This document shows, one piece after another, positions 22,851 to 33,070 of a stretch of DNA of 64,000 nt (positions are counted from its first letter, which is position 1; the number at the start of each line of letters is the position of its first letter). The position numbers were made by a program, and so were the translations under genes. The notes under the pieces are model-generated. The model searched no databases and was not told where the DNA came from. It saw nothing but the letters and a program-made list of their open reading frames with translations. Location of the stretch: sequence record OR699282.2, one strand, 5' to 3'.

Positions 22851-23459
22851 ATGAAAAGACTATGGCTTGAAGTGATACAAGCAGCGATGTTTCTATTGTT
22901 AATAAATTTTCCAGCCAGTGCTGGTATTGAAAGTAAAAATGTGATAAAGTATAATCCTGAAACCCGAAATGTATATTTCATATCAGATATTACAGATGGG
23001 TCGCTCAAGAGAATGATAGAGTTGTATGATAAAGAACACTATGATACCATCACAATTACATCTCCTGGTGGTGATTTTGATGCAGGTATTCGAATGGCAA
23101 ACTTTGTTAGAGACAATGGGATAAATTTAATTGTTTCTAGGTATTGCAATTCAGCATGTACTGTGGTATTCTTTAGTGTATCTCCCGAAAAGCGATATAT
23201 GACAAATCGCTCAGTACTGGGTCTTCATAACATTTCGATTAAAAGTAATGTTACTGATGGTGATAATTCATTTGTGTCTGTAAGACAGTTATCAACTTTT
23301 ACCGAAGAAATGGCAACAAAGGTAGGTTTCCTTTTTTCACTATATGCAGCAAATGGAATCCCACCAGAAGTACTATTTAGAGTTAGTCGTTCTCGTGGTG
23401 AAGATGTTGTAATATTAACAAAACCAGAACTGGTTTTTTACGGTTCAGTCAAACAATAA
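22851..23459 (+). CDS. exported ClpP/crotonase-fold protein
   Basis: Signal-peptide-like N-terminus (...FPASA); ITSPGG, CNSACT and LGLH motifs. Confidence 0.7.
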   Translation: MKRLWLEVIQAAMFLLLINFPASAGIESKNVIKYNPETRNVYFISDITDGSLKRMIELYDKEHYDTITITSPGGDFDAGIRMANFVRDNGINLIVSRYCNSACTVVFFSVSPEKRYMTNRSVLGLHNISIKSNVTDGDNSFVSVRQLSTFTEEMATKVGFLFSLYAANGIPPEVLFRVSRSRGEDVVILTKPELVFYGSVKQ

Positions 23460-23529
23460 AAATAATTAAAATAACAGGATGATTATGATGTACTTCCTTT
23501 GTTATTAATTATATTGAGATTATATAACT

Positions 23530-23790
23530 ATGACAAACATCCAAAACTTGACATCTATTATTTTTTATGCTACTGTAGTAATGTATGCTACAGTTATTTT
23601 TCTAACAGTTTTCATTTACAAAGATTATCGTAATGGCTTTATTGATCCAACTACAATGAAGTTCAATTCAAAATTCGAAGCAATAATTTATTATGTACTA
23701 TCAACTTCATACTTGGTGTGCCTAATGTTGTTAGGAGCACTAATTTATATCTTATACACAACATTATTTGCAATTGGAGCTATTTTATGA
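23530..23790 (+). CDS. two-TM membrane protein
   Basis: Two hydrophobic segments. Confidence 0.65.
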   Translation: MTNIQNLTSIIFYATVVMYATVIFLTVFIYKDYRNGFIDPTTMKFNSKFEAIIYYVLSTSYLVCLMLLGALIYILYTTLFAIGAIL

Positions 23791-24380
23791 CCTGTATTAT
23801 TGCACACACTGACGGAGTAAGTTCTTTTATTGCTGGGGATAAGTTAGGAAGCAATGGATTTACAAAAACTGTTCAAACTGAGCCAAAGGTATTCGAGAAA
23901 GAATTTATCAAGTTACATGATGATGGACTAACTAGAACTAAAGAAGTAATGGCATTGGGTTATACTACATCATTTCGTATGGGTCAGTTGTTAAATTATA
24001 ACCTTAATTTACCTGAACAAGATGCTAGTCAAACATTTTCACAATATTTGGTTCTTAAAGTTATTCCAATTATTCGTCAAATGTTTAAAGAAGAATGGGG
24101 TGCACGAGATGCATCACAAGATGTAGGTGGTGGACAATTTATCATTCTCCACAATCATACAATCTATGAAGTTCAAGAAGACTTTTCAGTACTACAACCT
24201 AAAACAAGAATTACCGCAGTAGGTAGTGGGACATATCATGCAATTGCAGCAATGCAAGCATATATTGAAGTTGAGAACGAATCTAAAAAACCACTACACG
24301 AACGTATCAAATCAATTTTTAAAATTGTTAGTGATAATGTAACAAGCGTAAGCGAAGAGTTTGATGTTTTAAAATATTAA
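23787..24380 (+). CDS. HslV/proteasome-beta-like Ntn hydrolase
   Basis: M-T-C-I-I-A N-terminal Thr nucleophile, AGD and AVGSG motifs. Confidence 0.75.
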   Translation: MTCIIAHTDGVSSFIAGDKLGSNGFTKTVQTEPKVFEKEFIKLHDDGLTRTKEVMALGYTTSFRMGQLLNYNLNLPEQDASQTFSQYLVLKVIPIIRQMFKEEWGARDASQDVGGGQFIILHNHTIYEVQEDFSVLQPKTRITAVGSGTYHAIAAMQAYIEVENESKKPLHERIKSIFKIVSDNVTSVSEEFDVLKY

Positions 24381-24407
24381 AAGTACTAATATTATAAGAG
24401 AGAATAG

Positions 24408-24602
24408 ATGATGGCATACACAATTTATGAATGGGTTTTGAGTTTTTTTATAGTTTTTTCTATTGTTGTAATTTATAACAATGCTAAATGCTTATATAGG
24501 GACTTGAAATCCAATGGTTATCACAAAGATAATAATTTTATGTATGCCTATCATATTGGAATCATTCTGTTATTATCAATATATTTAATTGTTTTTTTAT
24601 AA
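24408..24602 (+). CDS. small membrane protein
   Basis: Two hydrophobic segments. Confidence 0.6.
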   Translation: MMAYTIYEWVLSFFIVFSIVVIYNNAKCLYRDLKSNGYHKDNNFMYAYHIGIILLLSIYLIVFL

Positions 24603-24611
24603 GGATTGAAT

Positions 24612-25364
24612 ATGATATCAGAAAAATTTATAAGCAATGAAGGTAAAAAGCGATTACTGATTATATCAGGTGCAGGACTTTCTGTTGAAAGTGGTATGGA
24701 ACCTTTTCGATTTGATGATGGTTTGTGGGATACATTTAAAATTAATGATGTATGTAACATTGCTAGTTTAACTACAAAATATCATGTTGTTCATTCTTTC
24801 TATAATACATTACGTGTAAAATTGGGACAATGCGAACCCAATGCAATGCATTATTTTATAAAATCGTTAGAAGATCAATATGGTGATTGCTTCCTTCATA
24901 TGACTTCTAACATGGATGATCTTTATACTCGTATCGGTGGTCATGAGCTTAAACTTCATGGAAACTTGTGCGAAGTTATTGAAAATTATAGTATCAATTC
25001 TGATGATTATAATGTTATTAACTGCGGATACGAACCATACATACCAAAACATGATGTTTTTGCTAAACCAAATGTAGTAATGATTGGAGAATATCATCGT
25101 TATGTTGATGGTATTCGCTTACCAATTTACGAAGAACGAAATAATGTGTTGAAATCTCTTAATGAAAATGATACAGTTATTGTAATTGGTAGTAGCGATA
25201 CAGTACTGGTGTGGTCGAGATTAGCAGCAGCATTGCCATGTTATAGTGTTAATGTTAACATTCGTAAAAATGATAATGATTTTTTGTTTAATGAAAAAGT
25301 TATCAAGCCAGCAACCAAAGCAATACCTCAACTAGAGACTATAATTAAGGAACGTATGAAATGA
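24612..25364 (+). CDS. Sir2/CobB-like NAD-dependent deacylase
   Basis: GAGLSVESG..PFR, TSNMDDL, LHG, KPNVV, GSS and NVN motifs. Confidence 0.88.
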   Translation: MISEKFISNEGKKRLLIISGAGLSVESGMEPFRFDDGLWDTFKINDVCNIASLTTKYHVVHSFYNTLRVKLGQCEPNAMHYFIKSLEDQYGDCFLHMTSNMDDLYTRIGGHELKLHGNLCEVIENYSINSDDYNVINCGYEPYIPKHDVFAKPNVVMIGEYHRYVDGIRLPIYEERNNVLKSLNENDTVIVIGSSDTVLVWSRLAAALPCYSVNVNIRKNDNDFLFNEKVIKPATKAIPQLETIIKERMK

Positions 25365-25912
25365 GTGTTAAAGAAGTTCCCTTTGGTGAATATGGCACAC
25401 GTGCAAATTTTGTATTTTGCTATTTCTTTGCAAGAAAATGCAACCCTTACGAAAACTATGAGTTAAATGATATACCAGAAGTAAATCTGGTATTACTACA
25501 ATTACGATGGGATGGTCTTCTTGGTGGATGTGGTGGAACCGTAGAAAGTACTGATATCTCACTAGAAGATGCGTTGCGTCGTGAAGTTCAAGAAGAAATG
25601 GATTACAATATTTTTGTTTCCCATCTTCGACCACTCAAAACTTTTGAAATTTACCCAGGTGCAAACAGTCATAGTTTTAGCTATGAAGTGAGCTATGACG
25701 AGTTGAAACACATTAGAGATGGATACACTAATGCTAAACATGCAAGTGCAGAAGTGGCTGGTGTAAATTTATGTCATATTTCTCGTTATTCTAAGGGACA
25801 AAATCGAGAAGCGGGATATAATAATCTTATGACACAGAACTTCATCGGTACAGCAAAACAAGAATTGGAGTATCTGGTTCAAAAAGAAAACTTACTAATT
25901 AGTTATCTATAG
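25361..25912 (+). CDS. NUDT16-like Nudix hydrolase
   Basis: LQLRWDGLLGGCGG..SLEDALRREVQEE and NFIGTAKQEL parallel NUDT16 MQMRFDGRLGFPGG..SLEDGLNRELREE and SFIGSAREQL as recalled. Confidence 0.8.
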   Translation: MSVKEVPFGEYGTRANFVFCYFFARKCNPYENYELNDIPEVNLVLLQLRWDGLLGGCGGTVESTDISLEDALRREVQEEMDYNIFVSHLRPLKTFEIYPGANSHSFSYEVSYDELKHIRDGYTNAKHASAEVAGVNLCHISRYSKGQNREAGYNNLMTQNFIGTAKQELEYLVQKENLLISYL

Positions 25913-25921
25913 GAGTTTAAC

Positions 25922-26242
25922 ATGTCTTACTCAATGTTTTTGGATGATATTCGTGATGCAAATCTATATTATCCAAACCAAGATATGGTGGTATGTCGTG
26001 ACTTTAAAAGTGCATGTGAATATGTTATTGAAAATGGAATTCCAGCATTTGTATCATTCGACCATGACTTGGGTGATGTGAGCGAAGACGAAAAGACTGG
26101 ATATTCTTTTGCTAAGTTTCTTATTGATTATATGTTTGATAATAATATTAAAGAACCGTTTGAGTACTTTGTTCACAGTAGTAATCCTGTTGGTAAAATT
26201 AATATTGAAACATACTTAAACAATGGATTTAACGCATTATGA
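25922..26242 (+). CDS. cyclic-phosphate-processing receiver-domain protein
   Basis: FLDDIR, SFDHDLG, TGY and HSSNPVG motifs. Confidence 0.8.
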   Translation: MSYSMFLDDIRDANLYYPNQDMVVCRDFKSACEYVIENGIPAFVSFDHDLGDVSEDEKTGYSFAKFLIDYMFDNNIKEPFEYFVHSSNPVGKINIETYLNNGFNAL

Positions 26243-26541
26243 TTCAAACACACATCAAAAGTCTTATTTGTACTGTTCTGTTAGGTGCAGGAGTTCTTTG
26301 GTTCGGACAGTATCACGAGAACACTAAGCGTACCAACATTCACTACAATACCGCAGAAGTTGTTAGTTTAGGACAATGTAGCGAGTCCAAATGTTCATTT
26401 ATGTATAAAACCCAAAATGGTGAAGTACGTAATGGACTATCAAGAGAACCAGTTTCAATTGGTCAACTTGTTTACCAGGAGTGCTGGGAAGAAAAGGTTC
26501 GAGGTTCACGTTGCTATGTTGAATACGAACCAAATATGTAA
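26239..26541 (+). CDS. membrane-anchored Cys-containing protein
   Basis: N-terminal TM; four Cys in the exported part. Confidence 0.6.
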   Translation: MIQTHIKSLICTVLLGAGVLWFGQYHENTKRTNIHYNTAEVVSLGQCSESKCSFMYKTQNGEVRNGLSREPVSIGQLVYQECWEEKVRGSRCYVEYEPNM

Positions 26542-26601
26542 TAATCCGAGTCAATAACATTAGTCGAGTACAAGGATGTACTCATAACTCAAGGATGTTT
26601 T

Positions 26602-28041
26602 ATGAAAAAATATACAATTGACACAAACGTACTACTATCTGACCCTAATGCATCTATTGCTTTTGATGGTGCTGCAATCATTCTACCATTTACAGTACTG
26701 GAAGAATTGGATTCAATTAAGAGTCGTAATGTAGATGTTTCACGCGATGCTCGTGTTGCTATTCGTAACATTGAAGCAATTATTGCAGATGCATCACATG
26801 ATGAGATTAGTAGTACTGGTGTTAATATTGCTGATGTTCATACCAATATGAATCCTGATAGCAAATTGTTTGTTATTACAAACGAAGAAGCTGAAGCACT
26901 AATTCGTACTAAAGGTTCAGAAGAGAAAGTTCAAACCCTTCTCAAAAGCACAGTACCTGATGATAAAATCATTCTGGTAGCTTTAGCAACAGAATCAGTA
27001 CTGGTAACTCGTGATATCAACATGCGTATCAAAGCACTAAGTTATGGTGTCGAGGTACAAGATTATCGCCATGATATTGTTATTGGTGATAGTGATTTGA
27101 TTCACATTGGTCAACACCATTTGGAAATTAATTTTTGGGAAGTATATAGCAACTTAACCAATACTAATATTCAATCCGAACAAGTTGGTCGTCGTTTGTA
27201 TCATTACATTTCTAAAAGCTTGATTGAACATTTGCTTCCACAAAATCTATGCATCGGTGATTATCTATATGATGATGCAGACGTATTATTTGTGTACGAA
27301 GGTCAATCAGCAATTGAGGAAGATGATGGAACACTAACACCAGAAGATATTTTGGTATTCCAAGATATTGGACAATCAGTAGCTTTACGTGCTAAAGTAT
27401 GGGATATTAAAGCAAAGAATATCCAACAAGCACTCGCCATCAACAGTATTCTCGATCCTGATGTACATCTAACAGTACTGCTAGGTTCTGCTGGTACTGG
27501 TAAAACACTAATTACGATTGCTACTGCATTAGAATTAGTACTGGAAAAACGTAAATACGACCGAATCATCTTCTCTAAAACTCAAGACTCACAGTTTGAA
27601 GATATTGGTTTCTTGCCAGGTTCAGAAGCAGAAAAAGTGATTCCATTCTGTGGAGCCGCAATTGACGCGTTAGAGTTTCTTCATAAAGATGATGCTAACC
27701 CACAAGGTAGTATTGAAGAGATTATGAAACGTAATGTTATTCAATTTAAAGCACTAAACTTTGTACGTGGACGTTCATTCACCAACACTATTCTAGTAGT
27801 TGATGAATTCCAAAACATTACACCTGCACAAGCCAAAACAATCTTGACACGAGCAGGATTAAACTGTAAAGTAGTAATTATGGGTAACTTGAGTCAGATT
27901 GACAGTAAGTTTATTAGTCCTGTTAACAGTGGTTTGACATATGTAACTGAGAAGTTTAAAGATTGGGCAGGTTGTCGTGTCATCGAACTAGAAGGTGTTG
28001 TTCGTTCACCACTTGCAGAATTTGCTGAAGAAAATATGTAA
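26602..28041 (+). CDS. phoH: PIN domain plus PhoH ATPase
   Basis: IDTNVLL, EELD, DDKI and TRDINMRIKA (PIN); GSAGTGKT, RGRSF and DEFQN (PhoH). Confidence 0.93.
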   Translation: MKKYTIDTNVLLSDPNASIAFDGAAIILPFTVLEELDSIKSRNVDVSRDARVAIRNIEAIIADASHDEISSTGVNIADVHTNMNPDSKLFVITNEEAEALIRTKGSEEKVQTLLKSTVPDDKIILVALATESVLVTRDINMRIKALSYGVEVQDYRHDIVIGDSDLIHIGQHHLEINFWEVYSNLTNTNIQSEQVGRRLYHYISKSLIEHLLPQNLCIGDYLYDDADVLFVYEGQSAIEEDDGTLTPEDILVFQDIGQSVALRAKVWDIKAKNIQQALAINSILDPDVHLTVLLGSAGTGKTLITIATALELVLEKRKYDRIIFSKTQDSQFEDIGFLPGSEAEKVIPFCGAAIDALEFLHKDDANPQGSIEEIMKRNVIQFKALNFVRGRSFTNTILVVDEFQNITPAQAKTILTRAGLNCKVVIMGNLSQIDSKFISPVNSGLTYVTEKFKDWAGCRVIELEGVVRSPLAEFAEENM

Positions 28042-28044
28042 TAT

Positions 28045-28078
28045 TGTATGGGACATAATGTCCCATACATGATATAAT
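28045..28078 (+). promoter_or_regulatory. promoter whose -35 lies in a perfect 11-bp inverted repeat
   Basis: TGTATGGGACA-TAA-TGTCCCATACA; GGGACA-N17-TATAAT with TG extension. Confidence 0.7.
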
Positions 28079-28109
28079 GTTGTTATCATAATACAGAAGG
28101 AGATATAAA

Positions 28110-28307
28110 ATGGCTAAACAACCTAAGAAACAAGAACCAGTAGCAAAAGTTAAGAAAGAGAAAGTTATTCAATCTAAAGAACAACGTATGTACGAACAAC
28201 GTAAGAGTGAAACCCTATCCGGTCTACAAGCTCTACGCAAACAAGGTGTACTAACTCGTGCTCAATACCGTGAGATAGTAGCACAAAAAGGTTATTGGGG
28301 CATTTGA
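28110..28307 (+). CDS. small basic protein (65 aa), apparently monocistronic
   Basis: AAGGAG RBS; own promoter; terminator at 28402-28428. Confidence 0.75.
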   Translation: MAKQPKKQEPVAKVKKEKVIQSKEQRMYEQRKSETLSGLQALRKQGVLTRAQYREIVAQKGYWGI

Positions 28308-28524
28308 AGCAATAAACTGGAGTTCATGATAAATACTTTCATAAGAATAATAATACTTTTTATTAATTTAAAAAGAACTCCATGTGTTATTTCAGTTTTT
28401 CATCCCTGTCTTTTGGCAGGGATTTTTTATATCTATATCTTGACAAAAGGAACAAATCATGAGAACATGTATTAAAGGAAGAATGACTTTCCATTAGGTT
28501 ATTTTAACTTAAAGGAGATTTCAT

Positions 28525-30089
28525 ATGTTTTTTGACCAAACATTTACGTTGTATCACGATTCTGGTAAAGTTGAGATTATTGATAATCTGTTAGAGTACA
28601 TTGCGGAACATGACGGTATAGACCGTTTCCACAGTAAGATGAAATTCGATTTAGCTGAATTCAACAAAAAGAATCGTGAAACATTTTGGAAGAACCGTTT
28701 CTATTACGAAATGTTTCCAGAAAAGTTTGTGGGTTATTATCTTTGTACTGAAAAAGGATTACTTGTATCTCCTGATTTACTTATGGGTGAATACATGATA
28801 CTCTATAATGAGTACTGGGAACATAAACGTAAAGCTCGTGATACTGAATGGCGACATAAGCGTTCGTATATGTACAAACATAACCACTCACGATACAAGC
28901 GTCCTAAGACTCAACAAGAGCGTCGTATGGCTTGTGCAGTACTGAAGGATGAGGGGGAACCTGAAATACGTGGAAGACGTAAGATGCGTTCATTACCATC
29001 GTATTGGGACGATATCAGAACAAGACATAGTACTGGCTGGAAATACAGTACTAAACGTAAACATCAATACAAAGGGAGCTAATGCTCCCTAATTTTATAG
29101 GTGAACTTTATGAACAAAATTGACGTTACTGTAGTGATTGGTTATATTGAAATTGAACCGTGTGGCATTGATACCTTTATTGACACTCTTAATAAGTATC
29201 GTGCTGAATATAACGGTCCCATTAGTCTTTCACCAGACGGTGGTTACGGCGGGTTCGATGGATACAATGTAATTTGGACCAGAGAAGAAACTGACGAAGA
29301 ATATAATACACGAATTGAAGCTGAATCTAAAAGATGTGAAGAAATTGAACGTCAAGAAATGAAACACTTAATGAACAAGAAATCATTAAGTACCGAAGAG
29401 AAATCTAAACTGCTAAAATACATCAAGGATTACATGTAATGAAAAATGTAACTCAAGAAAAGATTCTGTACCTTGCAAAGTACAATGGTGGTTTCAATAT
29501 CATTAGCCGTGAGTACAGTGGTAATTTGGCTAAGTTGATTGACAGTTTGTTAGAATTTGATTTCATTAAATGGGAAACTAATGAACTTTGGTACGAATAT
29601 GCTGGTCAGAAATGGGAAAGTGATTATGATAATGCAATACATTCATACACTATCACCAAAGCAGGTGAAGTTCGATTAGCCATTATGCGTTGTGCATATA
29701 CTTACAAAAATCATAAAGGTGAAGAAAAACATATTCGCAGAAATGAAGAGCTATTACTTCTCATGGAAGCAGCAAAAGTTACAATGCATGATTTGTTCCA
29801 CCACCCACGTTGGTATGAAAATCTAACAAAAGCAGAGTACAAAGCTTTACGTTACATTGATGAACAAAACAACAACCCAGTTGAAGTTGATGATGTTAGT
29901 GATGACGAACTAAGCCTCAAAAATGTATTTGAAAGTACCAGTACTGAAAGTATTACAGACATTTCTGTACAGATGGCACTAAAAGCAATGGAACTTTTCA
30001 AGACACAATATGAAGGACACAGTGCTGAAGAAGTAGAGCGTGAGTTCATTACACGCGTACAGATTGCATTGTTCCAATCGAAAAAGTAG
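28525..30089 (+). other. three hypothetical CDS (28525-29082, 29101-29439, 29439-30089)
   Basis: ORF track; AAGGAG RBS for the first; TTGACA at 28440. Confidence 0.7.
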
Positions 30090-30102
30090 GATGATATGAA
30101 AT

Positions 30103-30284
30103 ATGAACATCCGTGATGGGTTATCATATAAAGAAGCAGGTAAAGATGGTGTCAAAGTCTTTGCATTTGTGCACTTGACATGTTCGCTTTGTAATGCGAT
30201 AATATAAGTTCAGAAGAGATGGAACGTGAGTTCCTTACTTACATGAATGTTAAACTAGCCAAATGGCGTAAATCAATTCAATAG
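30103..30284 (+). pseudogene. decayed duplicate of the C-terminal domain of 29439-30089
   Basis: ALDMFAL*CDNISSEEMEREF parallels ALKAMELF...HSAEEVEREF, with an in-frame TAA at 30192 and a probable frameshift. Confidence 0.5.
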
Positions 30285-30293
30285 GTATTTTAA

Positions 30294-31265
30294 ATGAAAA
30301 CTAAAATTATTTCTGAACAAAAAATTGGCAATACTACAGTACTGAATCTTGAAGTTCAAGGTCTTAGTAATGTTCGTTCTCTTACGGTTTGTACTCAGAG
30401 AGATGATTTGACTGATTTCTATAGCTCAGAATACATGTCAGAAGAACCTTGGGATATGGGATGGTTGGACGGTAGTAGTTATATCAGTTCACGTTATAGT
30501 TTTGGTTCTCATGAAAATATTGAACAATTAAAAAATGAGTATATTAAACTCAGTGATACTATTGAAATGAAAGAAGAAGATTGTGTAGAACTTTTCATTT
30601 TTGAATTCGATGCCGGAAATGGTAATTCATTACTAGTAAGTAATATTGAAGAACATTTAATGTATCATGAAATTGAAGATGTAGATTTTGAAAGTATTAA
30701 AAATGTTGTTCATATGGTTGGTGGTAGTATTACTGATGATTCAGATATCGGTCATAATATTTCACTTTGCTTAATTTCTCATCCAAAAACTCGTGGTTTT
30801 AAAGTTCCACAAGATGAAACTTACGTGTCTGAAACTGCTGATGAAGGAATTTATCCTTGGAATGATTATGTAGAATACTATGGTCATTTCTGTTCTGATA
30901 CAAAAGAACTGAAAAAAGGCGAACAATATTTTGATATGTTCCGTGCTGCACAGCGTTTAGTACTGAATAATACTGAACTATTTCCTGATCGCGGCGAAGA
31001 AAATATGATTGATATTATCTTCAAGAACTATGATTATGTACAGAACATTCCTGATAATGTACATTTGGAATATGTTCACGGTTCTTCAAACAAATTCTAT
31101 AATATTGAATTGAATGCTCCAGTGTGTGAAGTAATTATTGAGTACGGTGCTATTGGTAAAACCAGTACTACTGATGGTGAAGAATTCGAAACTATTGAAG
31201 AAGCACGTAAGTTCTTCGAGAAGAAAGTAATTTCCAAAATTAAAAGTGGTTATAGCCCAAAATGA
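30294..31265 (+). CDS. acidic protein with C-terminal WGR domain
   Basis: SNKFYNIE...EYGAIG...EEARKFFEKKVISKIKSGY. Confidence 0.75.
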   Translation: MKTKIISEQKIGNTTVLNLEVQGLSNVRSLTVCTQRDDLTDFYSSEYMSEEPWDMGWLDGSSYISSRYSFGSHENIEQLKNEYIKLSDTIEMKEEDCVELFIFEFDAGNGNSLLVSNIEEHLMYHEIEDVDFESIKNVVHMVGGSITDDSDIGHNISLCLISHPKTRGFKVPQDETYVSETADEGIYPWNDYVEYYGHFCSDTKELKKGEQYFDMFRAAQRLVLNNTELFPDRGEENMIDIIFKNYDYVQNIPDNVHLEYVHGSSNKFYNIELNAPVCEVIIEYGAIGKTSTTDGEEFETIEEARKFFEKKVISKIKSGYSPK

Positions 31266-31642
31266 AAATCACACGCTTTGGTAAAACCTTTGAACTAAAC
31301 ATTGTTTCTGTTTATAAAAAAGGAAAATCAGGAAAGTTAAGCACTGATAATATTAGATTTGTTATTAGTGATTATTATGATATGTTTAATCAGGCATTTG
31401 AAGAAAATAAATTTGGTTTGATTTTATGTAAACCACAAAAACCGGAATTAGGTATTTTGGATTTAAGAACTGATAAGTCTGATTTTATTGGTAATCTTGA
31501 TATTATTGAATTTAAAGTTGATATATCAAAAGAACATTTTAGAGTTAAAAACTATAATTATTACAAAGTTGATATTAATTCTATCGAAGTACAAAACGTA
31601 CTTGATGAACTTATCAGTAATAATTCGTGTTTTACTAAATGA
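31262..31642 (+). CDS. hypothetical protein
   Basis: ORF track. Confidence 0.6.
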   Translation: MKITRFGKTFELNIVSVYKKGKSGKLSTDNIRFVISDYYDMFNQAFEENKFGLILCKPQKPELGILDLRTDKSDFIGNLDIIEFKVDISKEHFRVKNYNYYKVDINSIEVQNVLDELISNNSCFTK

Positions 31643-31653
31643 GAAAAAATATC

Positions 31654-31887
31654 ATGAAAAATATATTCATTACATTAACAATATTTGTATCCATTATTCT
31701 CTGTGGTTGTGCTCCTAAAGTTGATGAGATGGATGCTGAAATCATCCGTCAAGGTTTAACAAAACTAAATCACCAAGGAACACTATACGCATGTCATACT
31801 ATGCGTCATGGACAAGATCTTAATCTCATGTGCAGGAAGATTGTGAATCGCAAACGTCTTAATACTGTTCCGAAGGATGCACAATGA
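31654..31887 (+). CDS. lipoprotein
   Basis: Signal peptide with lipobox LCG-C. Confidence 0.7.
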   Translation: MKNIFITLTIFVSIILCGCAPKVDEMDAEIIRQGLTKLNHQGTLYACHTMRHGQDLNLMCRKIVNRKRLNTVPKDAQ

Positions 31888-32054
31888 AAGAAGTAATTGG
31901 CTACAAATGTAAAAATTGTGGCAAAGATAAGGGTAAGCATTCAGTACAAGGAATGGCTTGCCCGAATCCAGGTCGTGGTAATTTCAGAGGGTTCAGTACT
32001 GAAAAGTCTTACGAGCCGGATCATACCAAACCTGTAATGGGTTATAAATTATGA
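31884..32054 (+). CDS. small Cys/His protein (56 aa, not in ORF track)
   Basis: Manual translation MKEVIGYKCKNCGKDKGKH...CPNP...; AAGGA RBS. Confidence 0.55.
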   Translation: MKEVIGYKCKNCGKDKGKHSVQGMACPNPGRGNFRGFSTEKSYEPDHTKPVMGYKL

Positions 32055-33070
32055 GTGATTATGTAGCATTTCTTCATCGCTTTGGAGAAGCTAAAGAAAA
32101 ACATATTATCCGTATGCCATTATATGGTGAAAAAGACTGGTACAAAAGTACTATCAGTGTAGGTGCATTTCGTGACCGTGAAGCTGGATTCTTTCTGGGT
32201 AAGAAACATGAACGAGAGGTACTTTGCTCACTGTGGCGTTTGGATGAATGGGATAGTGAGAACGTAAGAACTGCTGAATCAATGCTGGCTATTGTTGGTA
32301 TTGCGAACTATCAGCATCCATATGACCTATTACCTACATTTGAACATGCTTCTTTGTTTGACTTTTACAAAGCAGTAGGGTATGATTATAAAAAGAAACG
32401 TTACATTTAATATCAGTACTGTCATAATGGCAGTACTTTTTAATTGGAGATTACTATGACTACATCGGAAAAGTACTGGTGGATTTTGGCTCATCCCAAA
32501 TTCATAAACAAAGATATGGTTCCAGCTAGGATTGATATAGAACCTCATGATGTGTGTCCAATGACAAATCGAATTGAAGATTTCAAAGCATTGAATACAA
32601 AGACTCAATTTTGGGTAGAATTTCTTTCACCAATGTATATTGAGCAAGACGACGAATGGGTACAAGCACATGATTATCAATTGGATTGTGGTGGTGATAC
32701 GTATGAAGAGGCGATTGAAAAATTATACAAAAATGTGCTAAACACATATGGTAATTACACCCAACAAGAAGCAGATAACACATTTAATAAGATCCATGCA
32801 TTCAAATCTACTCCATCAATTTTTAATCCCACTAAAACTGTTTGGGAGGAACGACACAGTTGGAGTTCATGTGTAATCGATGAAGAAACCAAAGAAAAAA
32901 TCATCGATGATATAAAAAATTTAAAAAATACGATAGAAGCCTTGCGTGAATTCATAATGTCTTGTACAATAGAACAACAGAAAGAGGCAAAGATACATTT
33001 GGAGAGTGAAGAATGTAAACTTTGGGTTCTAGAGAAATCTATTGAAAAGGGTATAGACTTAGACTTATGA
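32051..33070 (+). other. two hypothetical CDS (32051-32410, about 32456-33070)
   Basis: ORF track. Confidence 0.7.

Noticed and set aside
26541-26601. Pho box upstream of phoH
   Set aside because: No 11-bp-spaced CTGTCAT repeats; only a small GAGTACA/TGTACTC hairpin.
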